DNA from: Deltaproteobacteria bacterium
GTDB lineage: Bacteria > Desulfobacterota > Binatia > UBA1149 > CAITLU01
Reading direction: 5' to 3'
DNA: 64,000 nt
NCBI GenBank assembly: GCA_016218925.1
Contig: JACRCR010000141.1
Span: forward strand, 23,760-87,759
Shown here: in pieces, positions 1 through 11,729 of the stretch
Layout: every line of letters starts with the position of its first letter
Position numbering within the stretch: the stretch's first letter is position 1
Notes under the pieces: generated by a model
Database searches by the model: none
The model's input: the letters and a program-made list of their open reading frames with translations, nothing else
Told to the model about the DNA's origin: nothing
Translations under genes and position numbers: made by a program

Positions 1-2
1 AC

Positions 3-158
3 GGCAACGCTTCGTATCCTACGATAGGCGCTCACCTCGGTGGGCGCGACCATTCTACCGTGATCCACGCCTGTCAGTGCATCGAGCGACGGCGGCGCGA
101 GGATGCCAAGTTCCGGCACATCCTCGACACAGTCAGCAAGCGTATAGGCTGCGTCTGA
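3..158 (+). CDS. dnaA: Chromosomal replication initiator DnaA, C-terminal fragment (5' end outside window)
   Basis: Frame-3 translation from position 3 reads ...IGAHLGGRDHSTVIHACQCIERRREDAKFRHILDTVSKRIGCV*. This matches the conserved DnaA C-terminal HTH/DNA-binding end. Stop at 156-158. dnaN follows downstream. Confidence 0.8.
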   Translation, partial: GNASYPTIGAHLGGRDHSTVIHACQCIERRRREDAKFRHILDTVSKRIGCV

Positions 159-204
159 GCCCCGGTGCGACCTGCCCGGCCATCGTTCTTTGCCCGGCTG
201 CGCT

Positions 205-213
205 GTGGATAAG
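205..213. promoter_or_regulatory. Perfect DnaA box (TGTGGATAA, reverse complement of TTATCCACA) in the dnaA-dnaN spacer
   Basis: Exact 9-mer read directly at 205-213. It lies about 165 bp upstream of an AT-rich stretch (374-408) and of the dnaN start. Confidence 0.7.
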
Positions 214-428
214 CTCGGCGCAACCTGTGGCGTAAACCGTGCGTTGGAGCCTTCACAACGAGCGGCGAACCGGCTATGCACCGTGACGTTCGCACCGCTG
301 CACAAGGCCTCTGCGCAGAATTCCGTCGTTTCTTCGCGGTCTTGGCCAGGATATCCCCGGTGCGACGGTGACTCATTAATAGTAAGGAATATAAATCCTT
401 TTTAAGAAGCCTTCCTCGGAAGACCAAG

Positions 429-1544
429 ATGAACATCACCGTAGCTTGCGAAGACTTTCTCCGGATCCTCGGACGTACACAGGGCGTGGTCGACAGACGA
501 CACTCGATGGCGATCCTGACCAACCTCGTCATAGAAACGGGCGCGGGCGAAATCGGCGTGGTCGCGACCGACCTCGAAGTGAGCCTGAAACAGACTTGTG
601 CTGCGACTATCAGCGAACCCGGTTCCGTGGCGCTATCTGCTCGGAAAATATTTGAAATCGTACGCGAATCAGGATCGCCGGAGGTCACCGTCAGGGGGTT
701 GGAAAACCACTGGGTCAGCGTTTCCTACGGGCGTTCCAGCTTTCGCTTGATGGGTATCGACCCGGCCGAGCACCCAGGAATGCCCAAGGCCGGAACTGGC
801 GGCGACGAGGTTCCGAGCTTCGAGCTGGAAGCGGCCGAGTTGGCTGAGATGATCGGCAAGACTGTATTCGCGGTGTCTCACGACGACACGCGCTCGAATC
901 TGGCTGGCGTGCACCTGGATACCGGCTCCAAGAAGGGCAGCTTGCGCATGGTGGCGACAGACGGCCACCGGCTGGCCATGATCGACCGCAAGGTGAAGGG
1001 TACCGGTCTGAAGGACGGGGTTATCCTGCCGAGAAAGGGCTTGACCGAGGTTCTCAAGGTGCTGCCGGAGGTAACCGGACCGGTTACCTTACGCATTGCC
1101 CCTAGCGAGGCTATCGTCGAGCTCCCAGGTTGCACGCTGAGCATGCGCCTGGTTGAGGGCACATTCCCGGATTACAAGCAGGTAGTGCCAAAGGAGAGCC
1201 CGAACTGCCTCCAGCTCGACCGCGACGCGCTGTTGCAGACGGTCCGTCGAGTCTCGCTGCTTTCGAGCGAGAGAGCACGAGGTATTCGGTTCGGTCTCAG
1301 CCAAGGTCGACTCGAGATCAGTGCCAACAATCCGGACGTCGGTGAGGCCAGCGAGGATCTCGAGGTTGAGTACTCGGGACCAGACATTGGGGTTGGGTTC
1401 AACGCTCGTTACCTGCTCGAGGTCCTGCAGGTGCTTCCGGAGGCCTCGAAGGTCGAATTGGGGCTCGGCGACCAACTCAGTCCAGGGGTACTGAGAGGGG
1501 CTGACCCAAGCTATAGCTATGTTGTAATGCCGATGCGTATATGA
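429..1544 (+). CDS. dnaN: DNA polymerase III beta sliding clamp
   Basis: 371-aa ORF immediately after dnaA with typical DnaN length. ATG preceded by GGAAG RBS. Conserved dnaA-dnaN-gyrB synteny. Confidence 0.93.
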   Translation: MNITVACEDFLRILGRTQGVVDRRHSMAILTNLVIETGAGEIGVVATDLEVSLKQTCAATISEPGSVALSARKIFEIVRESGSPEVTVRGLENHWVSVSYGRSSFRLMGIDPAEHPGMPKAGTGGDEVPSFELEAAELAEMIGKTVFAVSHDDTRSNLAGVHLDTGSKKGSLRMVATDGHRLAMIDRKVKGTGLKDGVILPRKGLTEVLKVLPEVTGPVTLRIAPSEAIVELPGCTLSMRLVEGTFPDYKQVVPKESPNCLQLDRDALLQTVRRVSLLSSERARGIRFGLSQGRLEISANNPDVGEASEDLEVEYSGPDIGVGFNARYLLEVLQVLPEASKVELGLGDQLSPGVLRGADPSYSYVVMPMRI

Positions 1545-1636
1545 GCGTCGGCTGAGAAGTCTAAGCAGCCGAAAAACAAAGAGAAACTCGACCGTTCAGG
1601 CCTTCGGCAAAGCTTTACTTTTGGGCTTCCGCCTGA

Positions 1637-4204
<2,568 letters not shown>

Positions 4205-4212
4205 CGAGAGTC

Positions 4213-6672
4213 ATGGCGGCGACCGGAAAAAATCCCGCACTTCCCGTCGATATCGAAGACGAAATGCGTAGGTCCTACATGGACTACGCAATGAGCGTCA
4301 TCGTCGGGCGCGCGCTGCCGGACGTTCGCGACGGTCTCAAACCGGTGCATCGCCGTGTTCTCTTCGCGATGCACGAGCTCGGGAACGAATGGAACAAGGC
4401 TCCGAAGAAATCGGCGCGAGTGGTCGGCGACGTCATCGGCAAGTACCATCCCCACGGGGACTCGGCTGTCTATGACACCATCGTGCGCATGGCGCAGGAC
4501 TTTTCGATGCGTTACCCGCTCGTTGCGGGCCAGGGTAACTTCGGGTCGATCGACGGCGACCCGCCGGCTGCGATGCGCTACACGGAAGTGCGGCTGGCAC
4601 GTATCGCCGGCGAGATGCTCGCCGACCTCGACAAGGAAACCGTCGATTTCATCCCGAACTACGACGAGACGACGCACGAACCGGCGGTACTTCCGAGCAA
4701 AATCCCCAATCTCCTGATCAACGGGTCTTCGGGCATCGCCGTCGGAATGGCGACGAACATACCGCCACACAACCTGGTTGAAGTGTGCGATGCACTGCTC
4801 GCGGTGATCGCCGACCCGGAAATCAAGCTGGAGAAGCTCCTGCGAATCGTCACGGGGCCGGATTTCCCGACCGGCGGGATAATTTACGGCCGCCAACCGA
4901 TCCTCGATGCCTATCGAACGGGACGCGGGATACTCACCGTGCGTGCGCAAGCGGGCACAGAGACGGAAGAACGAACCGGGCGCACGCGCATCGTCGTCAC
5001 GGAGATTCCGTATCAGGTCAACAAGACGCGCTTGCTCGAGAAGATCGCCGAGCTCGTCAACGAGAAGAAGCTCGAGGGGATTTCCGACCTGCGCGACGAG
5101 TCTGATCGCGACGGCATGCGTGTCGTGATCGAACTCAAGCGCGACGCGGTGCCCCTGGTGGTCCTCAACAACCTCTACAAGCACACGCCGATGCAGGAAT
5201 CCTTCGGCATCATCCTGCTCGCGCTGGTCGGGGGTCGCCCTCGGCTGCTCGGACTCAAGGATCTTCTCGAGGAGTTTCTCGCCCATCGCAAGGAGATCGT
5301 CACGCGCGCGACCGCGTTCGATCTGCGGAAGGCGGAAGCGCGTTTGCACATTCTCGAGGGGTTGAAGATCGCGCTCGACAACCTCGACGCGGTGATCAAA
5401 CTCATCCGCGCATCGAAGGACGCGGCGGCGGCCAAAGAAGGCCTGATGAGCAACTTCGGGCTGACCGAGATCCAGGCCCAAGCGATTCTGGACATGCGCC
5501 TGCAGCGGCTCACGGGGCTCGAGCGCGACAAGATCCTCGAAGAGTACCGCGATACGCAGAAGCTCATCGAACGCTTCAAGCAGATCCTCGCGGACGAAGG
5601 CGAGGTACTCGAGATCATCGCTGCCGATCTCAACGCTCTCAAGAAACAGTACGGGGACGAGAGACGTACGCAGATCGTCGACGCCTCCAGCGAGATCACG
5701 ATCGAAGACATGATCGTCGAGGAAGAGATGGTCGTGACCGTCTCTCACGACGGCTACATCAAACGCAACGCGATTTCGCTCTATCGACAGCAGCGGCGCG
5801 GCGGGCGTGGCAAGGTCGGGGCGGCGACCAAGGGCGACGATTTCATTGCTCATATGTTCACCGCGTCGACTCACGACTACATCCTGTTCTTCACGAACCG
5901 CGGTCGCGTGTATTGGAAGAAGGTCCATGAGGTTCCGCAGGCGGGGCGGTCCGCGCGCGGGAAAGCCATCGTCAACCTGCTGCAACTGGGATCGGGCGAA
6001 CAACTGTCGGCTTTTCTGTCGGTGCGCGAGTTCCGCGAGGATGCGTACATCCTGTTCGCAACCGCACGCGGCGTCGTCAAGAAGACCCCGCTCCTCGAGT
6101 ACTCGCGTCCGAGAGCCTCCGGAATCATCGCCATAGACCTCGGCGACGGGGACGAACTGATAGCCGCGCGCCTGACCACCGGCGAAGAGCAGGTGGCCAT
6201 GGCTACGCAGAGCGGCCAGTTGGTGCGATTCGAGGAGGGCGAAGTGCGTCCGATGGGGCGTGGCGCCGGCGGAGTCCGCGGCGTCAGCGTCGGGGAAGAT
6301 GACCGCATGGTGGCGATGGAGATAGTCCGCCCGGGCGCGACCTTGCTGACGGTTTCGGCCAATGGCCTGGGCAAGCGAAGCTCGATCGACGACTATCGCC
6401 TCATTCACCGCGGCGGTACCGGCGTGCGGACGATGGAAGTGACGCAGAAGACGGGTCCGGTCGTCGGTGTTCTGCAGATCCTCAGCGACGAGGACGAAGT
6501 GATGCTGGTTACCAACGGCGGCAAGATGATCCGCATAGCGATGCGCAACGTCCGCGTGCAGGGCCGCAACACTCAGGGAGTGACGCTTTTCAAGCTAGAG
6601 ACGGAGACGGGCGAACAGGTCGTCTCGGTCGCCCCAGTGGTCGAGAAGGACCAGGGCGGCGACGAAGAATAG
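4213..6672 (+). CDS. gyrA: DNA gyrase subunit A
   Basis: 819-aa ORF. Active-site region [31 protein letters not shown] and QRD-like region [20 protein letters not shown]-terminal beta-pinwheel repeats. Confidence 0.97.
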   Translation: MAATGKNPALPVDIEDEMRRSYMDYAMSVIVGRALPDVRDGLKPVHRRVLFAMHELGNEWNKAPKKSARVVGDVIGKYHPHGDSAVYDTIVRMAQDFSMRYPLVAGQGNFGSIDGDPPAAMRYTEVRLARIAGEMLADLDKETVDFIPNYDETTHEPAVLPSKIPNLLINGSSGIAVGMATNIPPHNLVEVCDALLAVIADPEIKLEKLLRIVTGPDFPTGGIIYGRQPILDAYRTGRGILTVRAQAGTETEERTGRTRIVVTEIPYQVNKTRLLEKIAELVNEKKLEGISDLRDESDRDGMRVVIELKRDAVPLVVLNNLYKHTPMQESFGIILLALVGGRPRLLGLKDLLEEFLAHRKEIVTRATAFDLRKAEARLHILEGLKIALDNLDAVIKLIRASKDAAAAKEGLMSNFGLTEIQAQAILDMRLQRLTGLERDKILEEYRDTQKLIERFKQILADEGEVLEIIAADLNALKKQYGDERRTQIVDASSEITIEDMIVEEEMVVTVSHDGYIKRNAISLYRQQRRGGRGKVGAATKGDDFIAHMFTASTHDYILFFTNRGRVYWKKVHEVPQAGRSARGKAIVNLLQLGSGEQLSAFLSVREFREDAYILFATARGVVKKTPLLEYSRPRASGIIAIDLGDGDELIAARLTTGEEQVAMATQSGQLVRFEEGEVRPMGRGAGGVRGVSVGEDDRMVAMEIVRPGATLLTVSANGLGKRSSIDDYRLIHRGGTGVRTMEVTQKTGPVVGVLQILSDEDEVMLVTNGGKMIRIAMRNVRVQGRNTQGVTLFKLETETGEQVVSVAPVVEKDQGGDEE

Positions 6673-6685
6673 GGAGACGGCTGCG

Positions 6686-7681
6686 ATGCGTGCCGCCGTG
6701 ATCGGTGCGGGGAGTTGGGGAACGGCCCTGGCGGGCATCCTCGCGGACAAGGCCTATGACGTCGTCCTCTGGTCGCGGGGCGCTGAGGTGGCGGACGCGA
6801 TCAATCTCCATCACGAGAACCGCGCTTACCTTCCAGGCACGCAGCTGCCCGTCGCGCTACGTGCCTCCGCGGACTTGGCCGAGGTGCTGGACGGCGCCGG
6901 ACTCGTAGTGGCGGTGGTTCCCTCACATGCGATGCGCGAGACGATGCGACGGGCTGCACCTCACGTCGCGCCCGATGCTCTGGTGGTTTCGGCGAGTAAG
7001 GGGATCGAAGACGAGACTCTCGAAACGATGTTCGCGGTGATTTCGGAATGCGTCGGGGACGAGAGCCGTGTCGGCGCGATCTCGGGGCCCAGCTTCGCCG
7101 CGGAGGTTGCGGCGGGGAAACCGGCGGTGGTCGTGGCGACGGCAACGGCGGATTCGGTAGCGGAGCGGATCCAGCGGCACTTCCACGCCCGCATGCTGAG
7201 GGTCTACCGCAGCACCGACGTCGTTGGAGTGGAACTCGGTGGGGTGGTCAAGAACGTGATGGCGATCGCGACCGGCGTTTCCGACGGGTTGGGGTACGGT
7301 CTGAACGCCAGGGCCGCAACCATCACCCGGGGGCTGGCCGAAATTCTTCGTTTGGCGCTGTCGATGGGTGGACGGACCGAGACCCTCTCCGGATTGGCCG
7401 GCGTGGGAGACTTGGTCCTGACCTGCACCGGAGATCTGTCGCGAAACCGGCAAGTCGGGCTGCGTCTGGGGCGTGGAGAGAGCATCTCGGAGATTCTCGG
7501 GGGCATGAGAATGGTCGCCGAAGGCGTTCGGAATACCAAGGCAGTCAAGCACTTGGCCGAACGGCAAGGTGTCGAGATGCCGATCGTGAAATGCGCCTAC
7601 AAGGTGCTGTACGAAGGTATGCCACCCGGCCAGGCGCTGGAGGAACTCTTCGGCCGCAGCCTAAAGCCTGAATTCCACTAG
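6686..7681 (+). CDS. gpsA: NAD(P)H-dependent glycerol-3-phosphate dehydrogenase
   Basis: 331 aa. N-terminal Rossmann MRAAVIGAGSWGTALAGILA. Typical GpsA length and C-terminal region. Confidence 0.88.
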   Translation: MRAAVIGAGSWGTALAGILADKAYDVVLWSRGAEVADAINLHHENRAYLPGTQLPVALRASADLAEVLDGAGLVVAVVPSHAMRETMRRAAPHVAPDALVVSASKGIEDETLETMFAVISECVGDESRVGAISGPSFAAEVAAGKPAVVVATATADSVAERIQRHFHARMLRVYRSTDVVGVELGGVVKNVMAIATGVSDGLGYGLNARAATITRGLAEILRLALSMGGRTETLSGLAGVGDLVLTCTGDLSRNRQVGLRLGRGESISEILGGMRMVAEGVRNTKAVKHLAERQGVEMPIVKCAYKVLYEGMPPGQALEELFGRSLKPEFH

Positions 7682-7814
7682 TCGCGTCGATCACTTTGAG
7701 TTGAGCAAGCGGCGGCTTGTGCGTTGACAATTGTGGTCTTCGCTGACACAAAGCCCGGGCTGCAGTCCGAGGGACTGCGTGCCCTGTCGGGTGTACCGCT
7801 GAGGAAGCGCTGCC

Positions 7815-7976
7815 GTGAAGAGAACCTATCAGCCAAGCAATCTTAGTCGACGTCGTCGCCATGGGTTTCGTGCCCGTATGGCTACCCCTGGTGGCAGGAT
7901 GGTGATCAATCGGCGTCGTGCCAAGGGTCGCAAGAGGCTGGCGGTCACGACTCCGCCGAAGAGCGCGCGAAGGTAG
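7815..7976 (+). CDS. rpmH: 50S ribosomal protein L34
   Basis: GTG-start 53-aa ORF: [44 protein letters not shown]... Canonical L34 sequence. Upstream TTGACA-like element. Missing from the six-frame list because of small size and GTG start. Confidence 0.85.
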   Translation: MKRTYQPSNLSRRRRHGFRARMATPGGRMVINRRRAKGRKRLAVTTPPKSARR

Positions 7977-7978
7977 AA

Positions 7979-8335
7979 ACGGACCGGCGTCTGACAAGGG
8001 CACGGCGCATCCGGTCGCGGCGGGATTTTCTACGACTGCAGCGTGACCGACGCGGCAAGGTGGCCCAGCATTTCTTGGTGCTCCAGGGAGCGAGTCCGAT
8101 GAGTGAGACTCGCATTGGAGTGACCGCGAGCCGTAAGGTCGGCGGCGCGGTCCAGCGAAACCGGGTGAAGCGCTGGGTCCGAGAGTATTTTCGATTGCAT
8201 CGAACAGAGTTGCAGCCAGGCTCCGACATCGTTGTCATCGCAAGGGCTGGCGCGGATAAACTGAGCTTTGAGGATGTCGAACGGGAACTGGGAGCTGTTC
8301 TCAAGCGGGACGGTGGCAGCGGCCGGGACCGGTAA
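7979..8335 (+). CDS. rnpA: RNase P protein component; start codon uncertain, somewhere between ~7979 and 8060
   Basis: Upstream of the listed GTG at 8060, the same frame reads ...[37 protein letters not shown]...[25 protein letters not shown]. This covers the conserved RnpA N-terminal and RNR-motif regions, so the true start lies near the rpmH stop. No canonical ATG/GTG seen there. Confidence 0.7.
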   Translation, partial: TDRRLTRARRIRSRRDFLRLQRDRRGKVAQHFLVLQGASPMSETRIGVTASRKVGGAVQRNRVKRWVREYFRLHRTELQPGSDIVVIARAGADKLSFEDVERELGAVLKRDGGSGRDR

Positions 8336-8600
8336 GCGGTCTCGTGCGCATGGCCTCTCCGCCGTATGGCTCTCTCCCCTCTTTCTCGCGCTGATCGCGC
8401 TATACCAAAAGGCCATTTCGCCTCTATTGGGTGCGAACTGTCGCTTTCATCCCACCTGCTCAAACTATGCCGCCGAGGCGATTGAGCGCCATGGACCGTT
8501 TCGCGGTTCCGCGCACGCCTTGGGACGCATCGTCCGTTGTCACCCGTGGAACCCGGGGGGATACGACCCCGTGCCGCGGCCACGCGATTTCGAGGACTAG
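8313..8600 (+). CDS. yidD: Membrane protein insertion efficiency factor YidD, proposed GTG start overlapping rnpA 3' end
   Basis: Conserved YidD core: [63 protein letters not shown]. No in-frame start after the rnpA stop, so the in-frame GTG at 8313 is proposed. The listed ORF start at 8268 would give an atypically long protein. Confidence 0.6.
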   Translation: MAAAGTGKRSRAHGLSAVWLSPLFLALIALYQKAISPLLGANCRFHPTCSNYAAEAIERHGPFRGSAHALGRIVRCHPWNPGGYDPVPRPRDFED

Positions 8601-8624
8601 GCTGCAGCCGCCGGAGGCGGCTGA

Positions 8625-10217
8625 GTGGAAAACAGACTAGCGCTTGCCCTTACCCTTTCGCTGGTGATCCTGATCGGATTCCAGCTTCTGGGACCAAAGC
8701 CACCCGAGCCGGTCGCGCCCGCAGCGATTGATCAACCCGTGGGAGGCCCCGCCGTGGCACCCGAGACTCGGAGCGGTGATGCCGCTGTTCCTCAGGCGGC
8801 GTCGGCGGAGCCGACCGATCCCGGAGCCATCGTCGAGGTCAAGACGGAACTCTTCCGCGCGCAGTTCGCTTCGCGCGGGGGGAGGATGTTGCACTTCGAA
8901 CTGGGCCAGTACCGCGCCTCTGCCGATGCCGGCAGCGGTCCGCACGATCTCGTTCTGAGCACCAACCTCGCGCCGTTGGCGCTCGCGTGGATGACCTCTT
9001 CGGGTACGTTGGTTGATGATCGCTCGGTTCTCTACGACGTTAGTGCGACCGCAACCACCGTGGGGCCTGGCGGAGCGGCCACCGTTACCATGCGAGGGAA
9101 GACCGCCGGCGGTGCATCCATAACCAAGACCCTGGTTCTGCACGACGGCTCCTATCTCCTGGACTACGACGTTTTGACCGATGGCCTGGGCCAGACCCCG
9201 TTGGCGGTGGGATGGTCCAGGAGCATCGATCACCAGGCGTCGCAGCGGGATACCATCGGTCCGGTGGCGTTCGTCGATGGCAAGATTCACGCGTTCAATG
9301 CCGCCACCCTGACGGAGACGTCGGTCACCCAGGGCCAGGTGTCGTGGGCGGGCTATGCGGAGCATTATTTCCTGGCAGCTTTCGTTCCCGACCAACGCCA
9401 GCTGCTCAAACTGGTCGCGTCGGTCACGGACGCAACCGGTAACGCGATGCTTTGGACTTCTGCTCCGGCCGCGAGTGTCCGGTATCAACTCTATCTGGGT
9501 CCCAAGGCGCTCAAGGACTTGGACAAACTCGGCCACGACCTGGGCGGTGCGGTCGATTTGGGTTGGTTCTGGTTCGTGGCGCGGCCTCTTCTGTGGGCCC
9601 TGCTGCTGATCGAACGCGTGGTCGGCAACTACGGCATCGCGATCATCCTGCTCACCGTGGCGACCAGAATCCTGCTCTACCCGATCAACGCGAAGCAGAT
9701 GGCGGCGATGAAGGGCATGCAGAAGATCCAGCCCGAGATCCAGAAGATCCAGGAGCGCTTCAAGGACGATCGCGAGAAGCTCAATCAGGAAATGATGGAG
9801 CTTTACCGGCGGCACAAGGTCAATCCCCTTGCCGGGTGCCTGCCGATGTTCCTTCAGCTACCGGTGTTCATCGGACTGTACAACGTGCTCCTTCAAGCCA
9901 TCGAGATACGGCAGGCGCCGTTCTTCGGGTGGATCGTCGACCTGTCTCAGCCGGATCGGTTGGGACAATTGTCGATCCCGTTCGTTTCCCCGCCAGGGAT
10001 ACCAGTCATGACGCTGCTCATGGGCGCGAGCATGATTCTACAGCAGCGCATGACTCCGAGTACGGCCGATCCTGCGCAACAGCGGATGATGATGCTGATG
10101 CCGGTAGTGTTCACCGTCATGTTCGTGAACTTCCCCGCAGGTCTGGTTCTGTACTGGCTCTCCAACAACATCCTCTCGATTGCTCAGCAAGCGTTGGCCA
10201 ATCGCAGTCAGAGCTAG
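8625..10217 (+). CDS. yidC: Membrane protein insertase YidC
   Basis: 530 aa. N-terminal TM anchor, large periplasmic domain, and conserved C-terminal 5-TM core (NAKQMAAMKGMQKIQPEIQKIQERFKDDREKLNQEMMELYRRHKVNPLAGCLP). Confidence 0.92.
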   Translation: MENRLALALTLSLVILIGFQLLGPKPPEPVAPAAIDQPVGGPAVAPETRSGDAAVPQAASAEPTDPGAIVEVKTELFRAQFASRGGRMLHFELGQYRASADAGSGPHDLVLSTNLAPLALAWMTSSGTLVDDRSVLYDVSATATTVGPGGAATVTMRGKTAGGASITKTLVLHDGSYLLDYDVLTDGLGQTPLAVGWSRSIDHQASQRDTIGPVAFVDGKIHAFNAATLTETSVTQGQVSWAGYAEHYFLAAFVPDQRQLLKLVASVTDATGNAMLWTSAPAASVRYQLYLGPKALKDLDKLGHDLGGAVDLGWFWFVARPLLWALLLIERVVGNYGIAIILLTVATRILLYPINAKQMAAMKGMQKIQPEIQKIQERFKDDREKLNQEMMELYRRHKVNPLAGCLPMFLQLPVFIGLYNVLLQAIEIRQAPFFGWIVDLSQPDRLGQLSIPFVSPPGIPVMTLLMGASMILQQRMTPSTADPAQQRMMMLMPVVFTVMFVNFPAGLVLYWLSNNILSIAQQALANRSQS

Positions 10218-10226
10218 GAAATTACG

Positions 10227-11549
10227 ATGGCTACCACCATAGACGCACAAGGTCGCACCGTCGACGAAGCAATTCAGATCGCCCTGAATCAACTGGGAGC
10301 CAGCCGGGATAAGGTGGAGATAGAAATCATCCATCATCCTCGACGCGGTTTCCTTGGGATAGGCGCCCGGCGGGCCAAGGTCCGCGCCACCCTTCGTCAG
10401 GGAGTCATGCTCGACGGAGAGGAATTCGATATGTCCGGCGGAGGGCTTCAAGAGAAGCCAAGAAGGCGCAGGAGGCGCGGCGGAAAGGGCCGGGGGCGCG
10501 GCGAAAGTGAGACCGAAAGCTCGGCGTCGGAGCGTCCTGAAGTCGAGCGCGACAGATCGCGAGAGGGAGATCGGGGCAGACGCGGCGGCGATAGGCCGGC
10601 GGACGGCGAATCTCGGCAGTCGGGCGGACGCGGGCGCGAAGACCGGCGCGGACGCGGTGAGCAGCAACGCGGTCGGGACGAATCGCGAGGGGGTGGGCGC
10701 GGCGACCAGCGCGACCGACGCCAGCAGCAAACTGGCGGTGCCGGCCAGAGCGGGCGCGCCCGCGGCGGGACGCAGGGCCAGGATCCGCGGCCGCGTCCGG
10801 AGCCACCGGCGCAGGCTCCTCCGATGGCAACGGTTTCGGTCGAGCGGGAGCCGTCGCCGCCGATGCCGGAGCGACCGCCGAGGTCGTCAGTCCGTCAACC
10901 TGAGCGCGAAGTGGACGCGACGATCTCGAGAGAGCAGGAGGCGTCCGGCGGGGCCGTCAGCGTAGAGTGTCTCGACCCCGCGGTGATTCGAGACCGCGCT
11001 CGAGAACTCGTCGCGGAGCTGATCGCGGGGATGGGATTCAGCGCTGAGATTGCTTCGTGGGTTGACGAGGCAACACACGAAATCGTGGTGTCCGTGCGCT
11101 CCGAAAGCGAGGGCCTGCTCATTGGGCGCCGCGGCCAGACTCTCGACGCCCTGGAGCACGTGATCAATCGTATGGTCTTGCGTGGGGAAGGGACTGGCGA
11201 AGGGCGCGTTCTGCTGGACATCGGGGACTACCGACGGAGGCGGCGAGAGACCTTGATCGAGCTCGCCGACCGGCTTCGGACGCGGGCGCTGGGCGAGCGA
11301 CGCACCGTTCAGGTGAGTCCGATGAGTCCCCGTGATCGCAAGTTTTTCCAGCAGGCGCTCGCTGCGGACTCCTCGGTAGAGGTAAGGGCGCTCGGCGCGG
11401 GCTTCTACAGGCGAATGATCGTGGCCCCCGCCGGAATGGGTCCTGCCGCGTTGGCCGAGGCGGAAGCCGCGGCGCGGAGCTTCGGCGACGAGGATGCGGT
11501 CGATGAGCTGAGTGAAGCATTCTCGTCGGCGGAATCCTCCGAGAGCTGA
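10227..11549 (+). CDS. jag: Jag/KhpB RNA-binding protein (Jag_N + KH + R3H) with a long internal Arg/Gly-rich low-complexity insert
   Basis: N-terminal Jag_N (TIDAQGRTVDEAIQIALNQLG...VEIEII), C-terminal KH and R3H segments (LLIGRRGQTLDALEHV; RRTVQVSPMSPRDRKFFQQALA). Conserved position after yidC. ~170 aa of RGG/RGD-rich sequence in between. Confidence 0.8.
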   Translation: MATTIDAQGRTVDEAIQIALNQLGASRDKVEIEIIHHPRRGFLGIGARRAKVRATLRQGVMLDGEEFDMSGGGLQEKPRRRRRRGGKGRGRGESETESSASERPEVERDRSREGDRGRRGGDRPADGESRQSGGRGREDRRGRGEQQRGRDESRGGGRGDQRDRRQQQTGGAGQSGRARGGTQGQDPRPRPEPPAQAPPMATVSVEREPSPPMPERPPRSSVRQPEREVDATISREQEASGGAVSVECLDPAVIRDRARELVAELIAGMGFSAEIASWVDEATHEIVVSVRSESEGLLIGRRGQTLDALEHVINRMVLRGEGTGEGRVLLDIGDYRRRRRETLIELADRLRTRALGERRTVQVSPMSPRDRKFFQQALAADSSVEVRALGAGFYRRMIVAPAGMGPAALAEAEAAARSFGDEDAVDELSEAFSSAESSES

Positions 11550-11729
11550 CGACGGTTGAAAGTATTGCGGACGGAGTTCGGCAAGGAGCAATGCGACACC
11601 GCGATGAGCCGCCGCCGGAACTGGCTCGAGCGTGCCCCCGAGGCTCCCGGCCAAGCGCACCCGACGATACGGGCTTCCGGATGAGGCCTCGCTGCGCGGT
11701 GCGTCTGGCGACCCGTTTCGCGGGCAACA

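Noticed and set aside
59-67. DnaA-box-like TGATCCACG inside the dnaA coding sequence
   Set aside because: Two mismatches to the consensus and located within a CDS. Insufficient on its own.
74-688. 204-aa minus-strand ORF spanning the dnaA 3' end, the oriC spacer and the dnaN 5' end
   Set aside because: Antisense to two well-supported genes, Arg/Ser-rich composition typical of high-GC antisense frames, and no RBS.
8637-9815. 392-aa minus-strand ORF inside yidC
   Set aside because: Antisense to yidC; low-complexity Arg/Gly-rich.
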